Below, in pieces: positions 1 through 11,079 of a stretch of 64,000 bases of DNA (its first letter is position 1; the number at the start of each line of letters is the position of its first letter). The stretch spans positions 1 to 64,000 of the forward strand of contig CBFFRP010000389.1 of the NCBI GenBank assembly GCA_965644295.1, given 5' to 3'. The stretch is from Paraphysomonas bandaiensis (lineage: Eukaryota; Protista; Chrysophyceae). The notes under the pieces are model-generated. The model did not search any database. It saw nothing but the letters and a program-made list of their open reading frames with translations, and had not been told where the DNA came from. The position numbers and the translations under genes were made by a program.

Positions 1-3000
1 GTACATTGTCTTGAAGTGACATACTGAATATACTAGAATAAGATCCATATTCTAATACTCCCACTCAATGTAGAATGCAGTGAGATAAAACAGCAGTGAT
101 CACAATAATCTGATAATGCTATGACTATCTAGTCCCATAGGTAAAAACAGATGTGAAATCTTTTAAAGATACATATATATCTAGCAGTCAACTAGATATA
201 CAGTTATGTGGGATTTTCACCCACTAAAACACACCTTTAACCTCTTCGGGGTCGTTTCTTCTGCTGCTCCTCCACACTGTTAGACACACTCCTCTTAACC
301 CCGGTAATCGTTTTCTCATGACGGCTGAAGATCTTCGTGGACAACGCCTTTGTAAAAATATCGGCCGCCATATCATCCGTAGATACATGAATCAACTTTG
401 CTGTAGGAAATTTTCCATTAACATGTTCTCTTATCCAGTGATACTTGATGTCAATATGCTTCGACCTCTTATGGTACACTGGATTCTCTGAAAGATCCTT
501 TGCACTCTTACTATCCATAAAGAATGGAGTCGGCTTCGCTACCAAGAGTCCGAGCTCCTTGAACACCCCCCGAAGCCACACCAGTTCTTGCAAAGCCGCA
601 TACTCCGCCATATACTCAGATTCCATGCTCGAAGTCGCAACTGTGGTCTGAAGCTTGGACTGCCAGGCCAAAGCGCCCGCACATAAAAGCACGATGTATC
701 CCGTTGTGGACCGCCTAGTCATCCTATCACCAGCCCAGTCTGAATCACTGAATACATGTAAATCAAACTCACTCCCACTGAATCTGATTCCCTTATCAAC
801 TGTACCACGTAAATATTTCAACAAATGAATAGCTAATCTGCAAGTCGCATATGTTGGAGAAGTACTAAATCGAGCCAATAACCCCACAGCGTAAGCCAGA
901 TCAGGTCTAGTGTGAATCGCCAAATGCAACACCGCTCCAATAATTCCTCTATACGGAAATGATTCGACCCACTGCTTCTGCTCCTCCGTCAGCTCACGTT
1001 GCTCTGCCAACAAATCCTGAACATTGGTAGGTAGTGGAGTCTCCTTATTCTTACTGCTCTTTCCCATAAACGAACTGAATTTCTTTACAATATTCTTGGC
1101 ATATTCCGATTGATCTAACATGTACCAGTCCTCGCCTCTCGTGATTCTGATATTCAGAAACCGTTTGCACACACCCAGATCGTGCATTTCAAACGTTTCG
1201 CAGAACCTACGTTTAACACTTTCTAAGTAGGTGAGATCAGCAGATGCAATGATAATATCATCAACATATATCAGCAATAAGTGCAATTGACCATTACTCC
1301 ATCGCATATACAAGCATGTATCTAAAATGCAAGCAGTAAAATGTAACGATTTGATGAACTTGTCAATATGCTTGTTCCACTGCCTCGGTGATGACCGCAA
1401 ACCATATAAGGCCTTGATCAATTGAAAACACCACCCCGCTGGCAACTCTTCATCAGGTGGAGGTGCCATATAAACATCCTCTTCAAGATCGGCATAACAA
1501 AACGCTGATGATACGTCCAACTGATGTACATGCATATGAAACATAAAGGCAATTGCAAGCACCAGTCGAATGGTTATTCCTTTGACCACTGGAGCAAACG
1601 TGGACTGCTCCTCCTCCGTTTTTTCTTGTAGATTCCCTAATGCAACCAGCCGCGCCTTATACTTGACTACATTCCCCAGAAGGTCTCTCTTCACCGTGTG
1701 AACATACTTTGCTCGCACCAACTTCACTCCTCGTGGAGTCCGCACAATCTTTAAGACACGTCTCTTCAGTAGTGAGGTCTTCTCCACCTTCCGAGCTTCT
1801 CTCCACTTCATGTACTGTGGAGATCTCTCTGCTTCAGCATAGGAGTCTGGTATCTTAAAGTCATCATGTTGAAACTCTGCATGTTTAAAGTTAACAGTGC
1901 ATGCATCTGGCACCTCAACCATATTTATTTCTCCTAACACCGATGCGTTCGCCAACCTACGCTGTAGCCGTTTCCGCCGTACACGACCATCACCATCTAG
2001 TTCAATAGGTCGTCTAGTAGATATATACGAACCCATACCTTGCTCATCCTGAGCCCGCAAATCTTGCGGTGTGGGAGGAGCCCCGCTCGCATCCCCAGAC
2101 CCATGGTCTGTCGAGGTCTGCAACCTCACGACTGTCTGTTGACAGGTTGGGTCAGGACTCTCCTGGAACCCTCCAGGTCTTCCCTGGTCCAGCTCCCTGG
2201 CTGGCGTAGTACTCAGGGCGTCCCCCTTTCCTATGTACCCGGTATTCCCGGGGGTTTCTGCAGTCATACGCACCACGTCTTCGACGTGTATAGGCACCCG
2301 GTGCTCTATATGCTCGCGACCTGCAGTAACAAGTGAACGGTATGCTACAATCACACCCTTACGTTCTACAACTCTTGTTGTCTTATACAGAAGTCCGTCC
2401 TCATCATCAATATGATACGTTCCTTCTAAGCTGACATAGTCGGATGCAAGCTTGGGTCTAGCGGCCTCCCGCACTCGAAGAGCATCAATCTCTGCGAAAT
2501 ACTTCTCTGATCGTGATGGCGTTGACTCATCAGTCAATATATGGACTGTAGTCACCACCTTGTTTGATTCAGGAAGATATACATGGTATCCTACCTTCTC
2601 ATCAGAGTAACCCATTAAATATCCAACTAGAGCCTTATCCTCCCAATCCTTTCGTCGATCCGCCTTCGGTGAAAGAACATAAGTTCGACACCCCCATACC
2701 CTAAGATATCTCAAATTTGGAGGCTCGCCCGTTAGAAACTCTATAGGAGACATATACCCTTTATCTGTTTTCGTTGGCAATCGAATCAAAATATATCTGG
2801 CTGCCATGTATGCATCCAGCCAAAATTGCGGTGGCAGTCCAGATTGGATTAGCATTGCAAGAGTCATCTCTCCAGCAGTTCTGAACTTCCTCTCCTCTAT
2901 GGCATTCATTTCTGGAGAGTCTGTTGAGCTCCACGTATGTTGATAGCACTCCTGTGTCCTAAGATACTGACGCAGCTCCTCACTGATTAATTCTCCTGCA

Positions 3001-5214
3001 CCATCGGCATGATAGTGCTCCATCTTGAGCTTGTACCTTCTAACATCTCCTCTAAATAGCTCTTTGAAGACTTCTAAGACCGCTTCCCCAGTTCTGTGGA
3101 CTAAACCCGTCGCCCAGAACATTTTGCTGGCATGATGCGTTATCTTTAACACATACCTCTCACCTCCTCTAGCAGGACAATTTAAGTACACAGCGATATC
3201 TGCTGAAAAATTCGGTCTAACGGAATTCTCGTCCTTCGTTCGGAAGCTGACTCGGGTTATCTTAGACCTGGCACACACATCACACAAACACTGATTTTTG
3301 TGTACCTTGGCTGTGAGGTGTTTCCGTTTCAACCCTGTACCCATGATGAGCATCCTCTTATGTGCCTCCACTAACGCATGTTTGTTGAAGTGACCCGCTC
3401 TCCGATGCAGCAACTCCAGCTCGTCCTCACCAGTCCTATCGCTAAGATTTACTTCACAATTACTCGGCGTAGACACATCTGGAAGCTCCAACAGCTGCTG
3501 AGTTGGAACTGCAGTCATTCCATTCTTCATGGGTCCCTCCAGTACCAGTTCACCAGTATTACAGTCATAAATTTGGATCCCATACCACACCGTGAATCGA
3601 TAGCCCATTTCGTTCAGCTTACGTCCGGAGCACAGGCATCGATTGATCTGATCTGAAATTTCTATGTCTCTCCATGCTCCACGGGAACCCACACTTGTGA
3701 TATGAATCTCTGATCCCTTCTTAGAGCCGTTTATCACCTTTGAAGTATTCGTATGAGTGTCAAGCATGGTCACATCATTCATCAAGAACATTGATGATGA
3801 ACAGCAGGTGTCAATATATGTATAATGCATGTCATCATTTACACTACATATATTCGTTTCATGTATATTGCATGACAATTTCATAACATCCTCGATCATA
3901 TTTGCTTCATCTTCATCAGAGAAATCTGCTGGTTCTCCACGCCGTATATTCTCTACTGTCAGCAGCCTTTTGTCCGGCTTCCTACCATGATTCTTCCCTT
4001 TCTCTCCTCTTCTAGAATGCTTTTTCTTCGTCGTTGGACAATCAGCAGCAAGATGTTCCAGAGACTTGCAATTTCTGCATCCCGTGTATTCAGCACTTCC
4101 AGGACGCTGCCCTGATATCTCTCCATCCTTCTTCCTCTGCTTCCTCCTGCACTGTTCAGTTGAATGGCTATGAGGAATTCCTTCTTTCCTGCAATATCTA
4201 CAGTTGCCCTTCTTACGCTTATCCCGTTCCGTTCGAGACCGTTTGCACTTTTCAATGAAGTTCAGCTCCTCCACCTTCTTGCGTTTCCGCTCTAACGCAA
4301 TCCTTCCAGGAATGGTATCATCATACCGTTCTATCTTCCTTGATAATGTTGCATAATCAACATCATCAGGCATCAAATACAAAGCAACATTCAGAGGAGC
4401 ATATTCTTCATTCAACAGACCTTCTCGTAACCGTGTTATTTTTGAGAGCTCCGATATGTCCTGCTGCTGCTCCTGTAGCTCTTTCAGCAGTATTTCAAAC
4501 CGTATTATATAGTCCTTCGCAGTCTCCTCCGGACGCATACGGAAAGAGCCATACTGAGTCAACAGCTCACTGATCTTGTTTTGCTTCCCTCCAGCAAAGC
4601 ACTTCTTCAACTCATCAATCATAATATGCGCCTTAAACCTGTTGCTTCCTGTTCCATCAGCCTTGAACCCTTTATGTAGAAGATGGAATTTCTGAAGCGC
4701 CTTCGAAGATGATTGCACTGCCTCTCTGCAGTACGAATACGCTATGGCATTCGCCTTCCAGTACTTCTTCACAGCCTGTCTGTAAGACTTCTCCTCCATT
4801 AACGTGAGTGGCTGTTCCCCGAAGTCGCTCTCCTTCGGTGGTGGCTCCACAGCTACTTCACTTTGCTCTTTCCTCATGAGGAACGTTTCGAAGTCTTCAA
4901 TCCATTGTTCAACATTGCTCTCATTAAACTGTGGCACTACTCCTCTATCCTCCTTCTCTCCTCCTCGCTCGCTACCATGTTGAGAAACGCTCATTTTACA
5001 CTAGATCACAGAGAGAATTTGTAGACAGGCGCAATGTGTAACCAATGGATATAAGAACGACTAGGTTTGTCACCAAAATTGATTAGTTACTTCAACCAGA
5101 CATATATACCTAAGTCCAGATAATTATACCAATTAACTAGGCCAAAGAATATTCCCATTCTAGTCTATTGTTTATGGCTTATGTGGTTAGGTAGATGCAG
5201 TACCCATCTAACTA
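1..5214 (-). mobile_element. Ty1/copia LTR retrotransposon (3' LTR runs off the left edge; 5' LTR not identified)
   Basis: Intact gag-pol ORF with the copia domain order PR-IN-RT-RH. A PPT-like TGAGTGGGAG (minus strand, 58-67) is followed by TATTAGAATATGG, the likely 3' LTR start at 57. The right boundary is approximate. Confidence 0.9.
237..4994 (-). CDS. Copia Gag-Pol polyprotein, 1585 aa
   Basis: Zn knuckle CRNCKSLEHLAADC; protease-position motif YIDTCCS; integrase HHCC (LLHRRAGH...CDVC) and DDE (FSAD / HADGAGE / EERKFRT); RT motifs KYKARLVALG, QLDVSSAF, KALYGLRSSPRQW, IYVDDIII; RNase H motifs FSDSDWAGD...STTGY...ESEY...KHIDIKYHWIRE...ADIFTKAL. Confidence 0.97.
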   Translation of the reverse strand: MSVSQHGSERGGEKEDRGVVPQFNESNVEQWIEDFETFLMRKEQSEVAVEPPPKESDFGEQPLTLMEEKSYRQAVKKYWKANAIAYSYCREAVQSSSKALQKFHLLHKGFKADGTGSNRFKAHIMIDELKKCFAGGKQNKISELLTQYGSFRMRPEETAKDYIIRFEILLKELQEQQQDISELSKITRLREGLLNEEYAPLNVALYLMPDDVDYATLSRKIERYDDTIPGRIALERKRKKVEELNFIEKCKRSRTERDKRKKGNCRYCRKEGIPHSHSTEQCRRKQRKKDGEISGQRPGSAEYTGCRNCKSLEHLAADCPTTKKKHSRRGEKGKNHGRKPDKRLLTVENIRRGEPADFSDEDEANMIEDVMKLSCNIHETNICSVNDDMHYTYIDTCCSSSMFLMNDVTMLDTHTNTSKVINGSKKGSEIHITSVGSRGAWRDIEISDQINRCLCSGRKLNEMGYRFTVWYGIQIYDCNTGELVLEGPMKNGMTAVPTQQLLELPDVSTPSNCEVNLSDRTGEDELELLHRRAGHFNKHALVEAHKRMLIMGTGLKRKHLTAKVHKNQCLCDVCARSKITRVSFRTKDENSVRPNFSADIAVYLNCPARGGERYVLKITHHASKMFWATGLVHRTGEAVLEVFKELFRGDVRRYKLKMEHYHADGAGELISEELRQYLRTQECYQHTWSSTDSPEMNAIEERKFRTAGEMTLAMLIQSGLPPQFWLDAYMAARYILIRLPTKTDKGYMSPIEFLTGEPPNLRYLRVWGCRTYVLSPKADRRKDWEDKALVGYLMGYSDEKVGYHVYLPESNKVVTTVHILTDESTPSRSEKYFAEIDALRVREAARPKLASDYVSLEGTYHIDDEDGLLYKTTRVVERKGVIVAYRSLVTAGREHIEHRVPIHVEDVVRMTAETPGNTGYIGKGDALSTTPARELDQGRPGGFQESPDPTCQQTVVRLQTSTDHGSGDASGAPPTPQDLRAQDEQGMGSYISTRRPIELDGDGRVRRKRLQRRLANASVLGEINMVEVPDACTVNFKHAEFQHDDFKIPDSYAEAERSPQYMKWREARKVEKTSLLKRRVLKIVRTPRGVKLVRAKYVHTVKRDLLGNVVKYKARLVALGNLQEKTEEEQSTFAPVVKGITIRLVLAIAFMFHMHVHQLDVSSAFCYADLEEDVYMAPPPDEELPAGWCFQLIKALYGLRSSPRQWNKHIDKFIKSLHFTACILDTCLYMRWSNGQLHLLLIYVDDIIIASADLTYLESVKRRFCETFEMHDLGVCKRFLNIRITRGEDWYMLDQSEYAKNIVKKFSSFMGKSSKNKETPLPTNVQDLLAEQRELTEEQKQWVESFPYRGIIGAVLHLAIHTRPDLAYAVGLLARFSTSPTYATCRLAIHLLKYLRGTVDKGIRFSGSEFDLHVFSDSDWAGDRMTRRSTTGYIVLLCAGALAWQSKLQTTVATSSMESEYMAEYAALQELVWLRGVFKELGLLVAKPTPFFMDSKSAKDLSENPVYHKRSKHIDIKYHWIREHVNGKFPTAKLIHVSTDDMAADIFTKALSTKIFSRHEKTITGVKRSVSNSVEEQQKKRPRRG

Positions 5215-5375
5215 TGTTAAGTTTTGCTTAAAATGGAAAGCTGCATTTTAAGGTTTCTAAACTATGACAGTTTTTAAAAGAATACAGTTGTTTAAATTAA
5301 TGAGTACATGTATCAACGAAATGATTGAAACAGTGGTAGTGAAACTGAAATATATTGACTGTAGAACAGCGTGTT
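5215..5375 (+). repeat. LTR-like fragment (family also at 14890, 35398, 61480)
   Basis: Starts TGTTAAG and shares the blocks AAAGCTG...AAGGT...AAGAATACAG...GAAACTGAAATATATT with the other copies. The true 3' end was not determined. Confidence 0.6.
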
Positions 5376-5869
5376 CAGATTTCAGATGATAATATAAATT
5401 ATAAACTGGCAGTAGTGACTAGTGACGATATAGATATATTAAATGACAATAATGATGAGAGTGGATTATCACAATTTTAATTAATTTTTTATTGAGTGAT
5501 CATACAGTTTAGTTACCTGAGTTTAACCGTTTAACCATCCTGAATGTCAATTTCGGATAGGATATTCTTACAAGATCAGATTACAGATTACTAGACCATT
5601 CAATGCTACGTTGTATCCCATATATCCCACTGATGTCCAGTAAACAATTCATTGTCTTGTTTAAAAATTAGCTTATTTATGAACAAATAATATATGTGAT
5701 TATGTGGAAGGTGTGCCATTAAACTGATAGACAATGTAGAGTTCTACTAAAAGTCTAGAGTTAGTCTTTCCAATCTCAGTGGTATAAAGCCTGCCCCATC
5801 ACATAAGATTAGATTAGCATTACCGCCTAGCTGTAGTAGACCCTTACTCGGAGTAACATCCAAATATTG

Positions 5870-6730
5870 CTAGTAACTCTCCACAATCTTCATCAAAGCA
5901 TAAAGTTGCAGTATCATCTCAACAACAAAATATGCGGTTAAGACATAATACTTGACTAACCTGAAGGACAACGATCACGAATATACAGTGTGTAAAGAGA
6001 GCTTCTAAGATACATACCTATCTGTTGAGTTCAAATAGTTGAAGGCCTCAAACGGATATATGAGCTTCTGATGACTTTGTGATGTACATGTGTTATATAG
6101 ACAAATAATGACAACAGACAAACACGAAAATATCAATGGGGCTAACACAGTGACATCAACTCTCTTGTCAAATGCACAATGTAGAGCCATTACTGGCTGT
6201 GCAACAACAAAAAGTTTTCTAATTTGACTGGGCTGCTGGACGTATAGCATAGCCATTGCTTTATTGAGGTAGTCTATATCTTGCGTCGACGGTTTCACAA
6301 TGCAGAGTTGACAGGATGACAAATGCAGAACTGAAATATTAATGCACATAACAGTAAAAAGTACAAGTATCTCTACTTCACCAACTATATATACATATGT
6401 AAAGTAATATAAAACATGAAATGCGGCTACTATAATTAAGGTAACTGTATATATATCAGGATAGTCGTTTGACATATTCATATATACAGACAATATTAAG
6501 ACACCATTAGCAATAGTTAAATCTTTTAACTCTTGTCCATGATGAGATAATACAGTCAATACAACAAGTATGATATTAATAGAAGCTATACTCAGACCAT
6601 ATCTACGACGAATAGATTTCATAGTGAACTGTTTGGATGAATTATTTGATGTATTGTTAAAGTATGGGACTAGTTGTATAATGAATAATCGTTCTGCAAG
6701 AAGCCATATCCAGATTATTAATGGTAACAT
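5870..6730 (-). CDS. Hypothetical multi-pass membrane protein (~270 aa, 2 exons)
   Basis: 241-aa ORF with several hydrophobic segments. A GTATGT donor near 6017 and a CCTTCAG acceptor near 5962 give a second hydrophobic exon LVKYYVLTAYFVVEMILQLYALMKIVESY*. No family recognised. Confidence 0.55.
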
Positions 6731-6813
6731 TGGTTATATGTTATATATATGACTGTCTGCTTTGTCTATATGCTTATATAGCTACATTGGGATGTGTTTG
6801 CCTTCATATACAG

Positions 6814-6981
6814 GGGGTGGTTGTGCATATCGATTTCATTGATTTGTTCATGGTTTATTTCAAAAAATAATCGTTTTTTCAATGAAAAGTGAAAAAAAGT
6901 GACTTTTTAATGAAAAAACGATGATTTTTGAATGAAATAAACAATGAACAAATCGATGAAATCGATATGCACAACCACCCC
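6814..6981. mobile_element. Foldback MITE, PIF/Harbinger-like
   Basis: Near-palindromic 168 bp: GGGGTGGTTGTGCATATCGATTTC ... GAAATCGATATGCACAACCACCCC, flanked by a 3-bp duplication CAG (6811-6813, 6982-6984). Confidence 0.85.
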
Positions 6982-7302
6982 CAGGTCATCATATGCATAC
7001 TCCAGTGTACACTTCTGGTACACACTCCTGACTCTTGATGTTATACTTTTAGACATACACTTTCTATAATATTCTACAAATACCAGAATATTTGTGACTA
7101 ATATCCTAGATATTTGTATTTAAAGTAGATTTTTATAGAGAGAATAGTTTTCGCATCACGAAAATCCTAATATTAAGTATGATTTGAAGCCAAGATAGGA
7201 ACCATATGGCAGATTTACTACCATATGATACACTCTATAGTAGATAGATACTTTAATGGCATGATATCATCATTAATATATCAATAGACATCAATTCATA
7301 AG

Positions 7303-8862
7303 ATGAACAATACAATATATAATACTATAATAGTAGGTGCAGGTATTAGTGGTCTACGAGCTGCACAAATATTACAATATAAAGGCAATAGAGATGTCCT
7401 TATAGTCGAATCACGTTCACGTATAGGAGGACGTATATATCCTATACAAATATATAATAATCATGTTAATAATGATAATATATATAATGAAACAGAAGAT
7501 TCTACAAGTGAATTGGATTCTGTTGAGTGTGGAGCCAATTGGATTCATGATTTATCTAAACAAAATCCAATATTTAGAATTGCAGAAAAAATGGGACTTA
7601 AATTAGTAACAATGTATGACGATGACTATGAACTCGACCCCTCTGCTGTTATTGGTGATAGAGAGTATTTTAAGGCACATGGATTACCCCGAATATACAC
7701 TCGTGAAGAGTTAATGGATGCCAATAAAATAATTGAGAAGATCATGTATCATGCAAGTAGAGTCTGGAATAAACTTCGAAAAAGTAAAGCGTCCATACGA
7801 AACAGTATATCACTGGCTCAGGGTTTGCGTAGTGCTTTGGAAAGGCTTGAGGCGGCGTTATCTGTTTCAGATTCTTCTAAACAGTTACTCTCTCTACTTC
7901 TGGAAATGGAGGGAATGTCAAATGCGGCGGACTTACATACCCTCTCTTTTTCGGGTTGGTACAACGGAACTGATGAATCAGAAAACGGAGAGGCACTTGT
8001 TGTCGGAGGAATAAGCCAAATTCTGGCCCCATTGTCAGATGGTTTAAATATACTGTTGGATTGTGTTGTGAACGAGATTGAATGGGGTGGTGGCTGCTGT
8101 AGTGATGCTTTCTTCTCCTCTCATTCTTGCAGTGGAAATCCGATCAAGCTTCATACGTCACATGGTGTACTAACAGCATGGAATGTAATTGTTACGGTGT
8201 CTATTGGGTGTCTGCAGAATGGGTGCCCACGATTTTCTCCATCTCTTCCACCCGAGCATGTCTCGTCGATAAACTCTATAAGAATGGGACTTCTTTTGGC
8301 TGTTGCCCTGCGATTCACGAAGAGGTTCTGGCCGGAAGATTGTAAGGTATTCGGAGTACCCCCGGCTCGTTCGGGGCTATCTCCCATTAATATTGATGAC
8401 ACTGAGACGGAATTTCCTCTTGACGACCTATTCGCATCCTTCCTCTCACTAAGCGATGCCAGAAGAGACGGACAATCAATGCTCTTAGGATACGTCTACG
8501 GGTCGAGGGCACAGCAGTTGGAAAAAATGAACGATGAAGACATTAAATTGGCTGCTTTTGAATCTCTGAGGATGATATTTGGCGAATTTGCATTGCCTCC
8601 TGAGGAGTGTATTTTTCATAGATGGGGGTCTGACCCATACAGTTACGGCTCCTATTCCACTGTCAGTCTGGATTCTTCACCTCATACGACTAAGACCTTA
8701 ATGAATTCAATGTGCTGTAGAAAGTCGAGAGGCAGGAATACATCTTGCTTACAGCTTGCAGGCGAAGGGACGAATTATGACCTTATCGGATTACTGCAAG
8801 GGGCATACCAGTCTGGAGAGAGAGCTGCAACTCACATTCTCAGATGTCACAAGTCTGGGTAG
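7303..8862 (+). CDS. Flavin-containing amine oxidase (polyamine oxidase-like), single exon
   Basis: FAD-binding IIVGAGISGL...VESRSRIGGRI, ECGANWIH, RWGSDPYSYGSYS, LAGEGT...LQGAYQSGERAA. Confidence 0.92.
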   Translation: MNNTIYNTIIVGAGISGLRAAQILQYKGNRDVLIVESRSRIGGRIYPIQIYNNHVNNDNIYNETEDSTSELDSVECGANWIHDLSKQNPIFRIAEKMGLKLVTMYDDDYELDPSAVIGDREYFKAHGLPRIYTREELMDANKIIEKIMYHASRVWNKLRKSKASIRNSISLAQGLRSALERLEAALSVSDSSKQLLSLLLEMEGMSNAADLHTLSFSGWYNGTDESENGEALVVGGISQILAPLSDGLNILLDCVVNEIEWGGGCCSDAFFSSHSCSGNPIKLHTSHGVLTAWNVIVTVSIGCLQNGCPRFSPSLPPEHVSSINSIRMGLLLAVALRFTKRFWPEDCKVFGVPPARSGLSPINIDDTETEFPLDDLFASFLSLSDARRDGQSMLLGYVYGSRAQQLEKMNDEDIKLAAFESLRMIFGEFALPPEECIFHRWGSDPYSYGSYSTVSLDSSPHTTKTLMNSMCCRKSRGRNTSCLQLAGEGTNYDLIGLLQGAYQSGERAATHILRCHKSG

Positions 8863-9454
8863 TTTTATAGTAGCCATCCAATTGGTATTATACTATATTG
8901 TGTGTTATGTTTTAGCATTGTCATACTTTGGTAGTTGTAGAATATTTGTCTATTGCTTGGAGAAAGTGTGATATCATTGTAACAGTCTGGTTTAACCCAG
9001 AGAATATAGCGTTGTACTAATGACTCATTTTGTTCCATTGTCAAAAAAGGTAATAATTGTGGGTGTTTACTGTTTACTATACAGTTATTAGTAACGCATT
9101 AATAGTAGTAGTTAATAATTCTACCTAAGGTCATGTTGAAAAGCGACATCGAAAGCTCCATCATATAATAATGCTACACAGTAGTCAACACAGGGTTACA
9201 TTGGAAGGTTGTAAGGTTCAGAACTCTTACTATGCTGCATTGCATACTAACGCAATAATGTATAATTCATAATGTATAATCTGTAATCCACGTTTCTTGC
9301 TGCAAGCCTACAGTCTACACTGTAGATAACAGTTCATTCCTTCACTGGTAGGAAGATAATGGGGTGGTCACGATATCTAGATATTGATAAAAGAGAGGCA
9401 GAGAGATTGCATGCTATGCATTGCCATTTGGGTCAAACGGCTATGACTAATGCA

Positions 9455-9703
9455 GATGCAGATGCGACAGGTGATAGTCCATTACCAATCAAGGAACAAA
9501 GTAACAAGGAGGCTGAGGCAAAGGAGTGTTATTATACACCCTTACCTCACACAGGGGATGAAGCACACAATAATGTGCCACATTCCCTGCATGAGGTGAG
9601 GGTATATATGACGACACTCCTTCACTTCAGCATTCTTGTTACTATGTTCTCTGGCTTGCAAGGGGTCCATATGTACTGGACTATCACCTGTCGCATCTCC
9701 ATC
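9455..9703. repeat. Imperfect ~250-bp inverted repeat (long hairpin)
   Basis: GATGCAGATGCGACAGGTGATAGTCCA at 9455 pairs with TGGACTATCACCTGTCGCATCTCCATC ending at 9703. The arms continue inward to GCACA-caataa-TGTGC at about 9563-9578. The + and - ORFs here translate to similar peptides (DATGDSP...SNK.AE.KEC). Confidence 0.85.
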
Positions 9704-11079
9704 AATTGAACATAAATCATCCTGGGCCCTCAATGGTTGGATTACATTCTAACCGATTACGAGAGGCCTTGGGGCTAACAGAACCTCCACCGGGCTACTC
9801 GAATGTTCCACCAGTTCTGGAACAGTTGTGACTAAACTGTCGATATCCTGTTGAATTGCCCGCTCATCGAGATCGTCACCCCGGTCCACACGAGAATCAA
9901 TTTCTGTAAAAAATTGTAACACCCTCCTATTGGTGTCAGCATCATCTAATCCAGTAACGAGTCCAATATCTCTGACGCGCTGCTCATTAGCACTCGATAT
10001 CGACTGTTGTTCTTCAATAATCATTGCTCTGATCCTTATCAGAGCTAAATGAAACAGACTTCTCCCTCCATGGTACTAATAGATAACTAACAATGAATAT
10101 GACTACAACTACAATACTATCTACAAGCAACTTCCAGAGTACAGAAATTGCATCTTATTATCAACAATCAATATATACATATGATTCCCAGGCCAGAGGA
10201 AGGCCTCCAGGAATGACCTTCATCCATATACATTACTAATAGCTCAGCCTGATCACAACTGATTCATCATCAATGCATAAGGGAAGATACATTCAGTATT
10301 CTCATTGTAGTTGAAGCCTTGTATACGTACTTCCAAGTACAGTTCAATAAACAATAAGTACCTAATGAAATACATAAGTACAACTGTATTACTGGAAATA
10401 CACGTCTATCAGCATGGATATCAAACCCGGAATTCTCCAGTAAACTTCTCCAGCCTTAAGAACATATACATATAAATCATCAATCATAATATCTTCATCA
10501 TTTAACTTCATTATTGGTAATCCTGTCTTTCTTTGTCTTTTGAATAGATATATAAGTATCAATGATAAGCATGAATTGTCATATAGTCATAATATATCAT
10601 ATATATCTTACTGTGAAATATGGCAATAATAATAATAATCAACCTATGTTGCACATATAGTATGTACAAAGTTAAGCATATACAATAGAGAGCTCATGTA
10701 GCATAAAATAACCAGATGGCTGGTTATTACACTACTTCAAGAAGATTGTCCTAATATCTGAATACCATACGATATACTTATGTACTTTCACATGCGTACC
10801 TACCTACCTATATATGTACATATGTAGTGGTGTGTACCTACAGAGAGTACCTACGTACAACAGTACCTACCTACCTACAACAGTACCTGTTGGGTATGTA
10901 TGTATATGATATAGTGCATACTGCTCTACATATAAATTCATACAGAGATTATGCTGCTTCCGTAACACTCCCTCTATTACATATATATACATAAGTTAAA
11001 AGTATAAACAACAATTGGATTGTATATATACATCCTAGAATAGCAGTTAGTTGTTTTTTATATCATTGAAATATTTGTT

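Noticed and set aside
5918-5924. CTCAACA as the right end of the LTR starting at 5215
   Set aside because: It falls inside the predicted last exon of the 5870-6730 gene, and no TSD matches.
9359-9733. Two similar overlapping ORFs on opposite strands
   Set aside because: The similarity is explained by the DNA inverted repeat; there is no evidence of coding function.
9749-10570. Coding-like minus-strand stretch including the 91-aa ORF 9749..10024
   Set aside because: Upstream frames are broken by several stops and no family is recognisable. It may be a pseudogene but cannot be supported.
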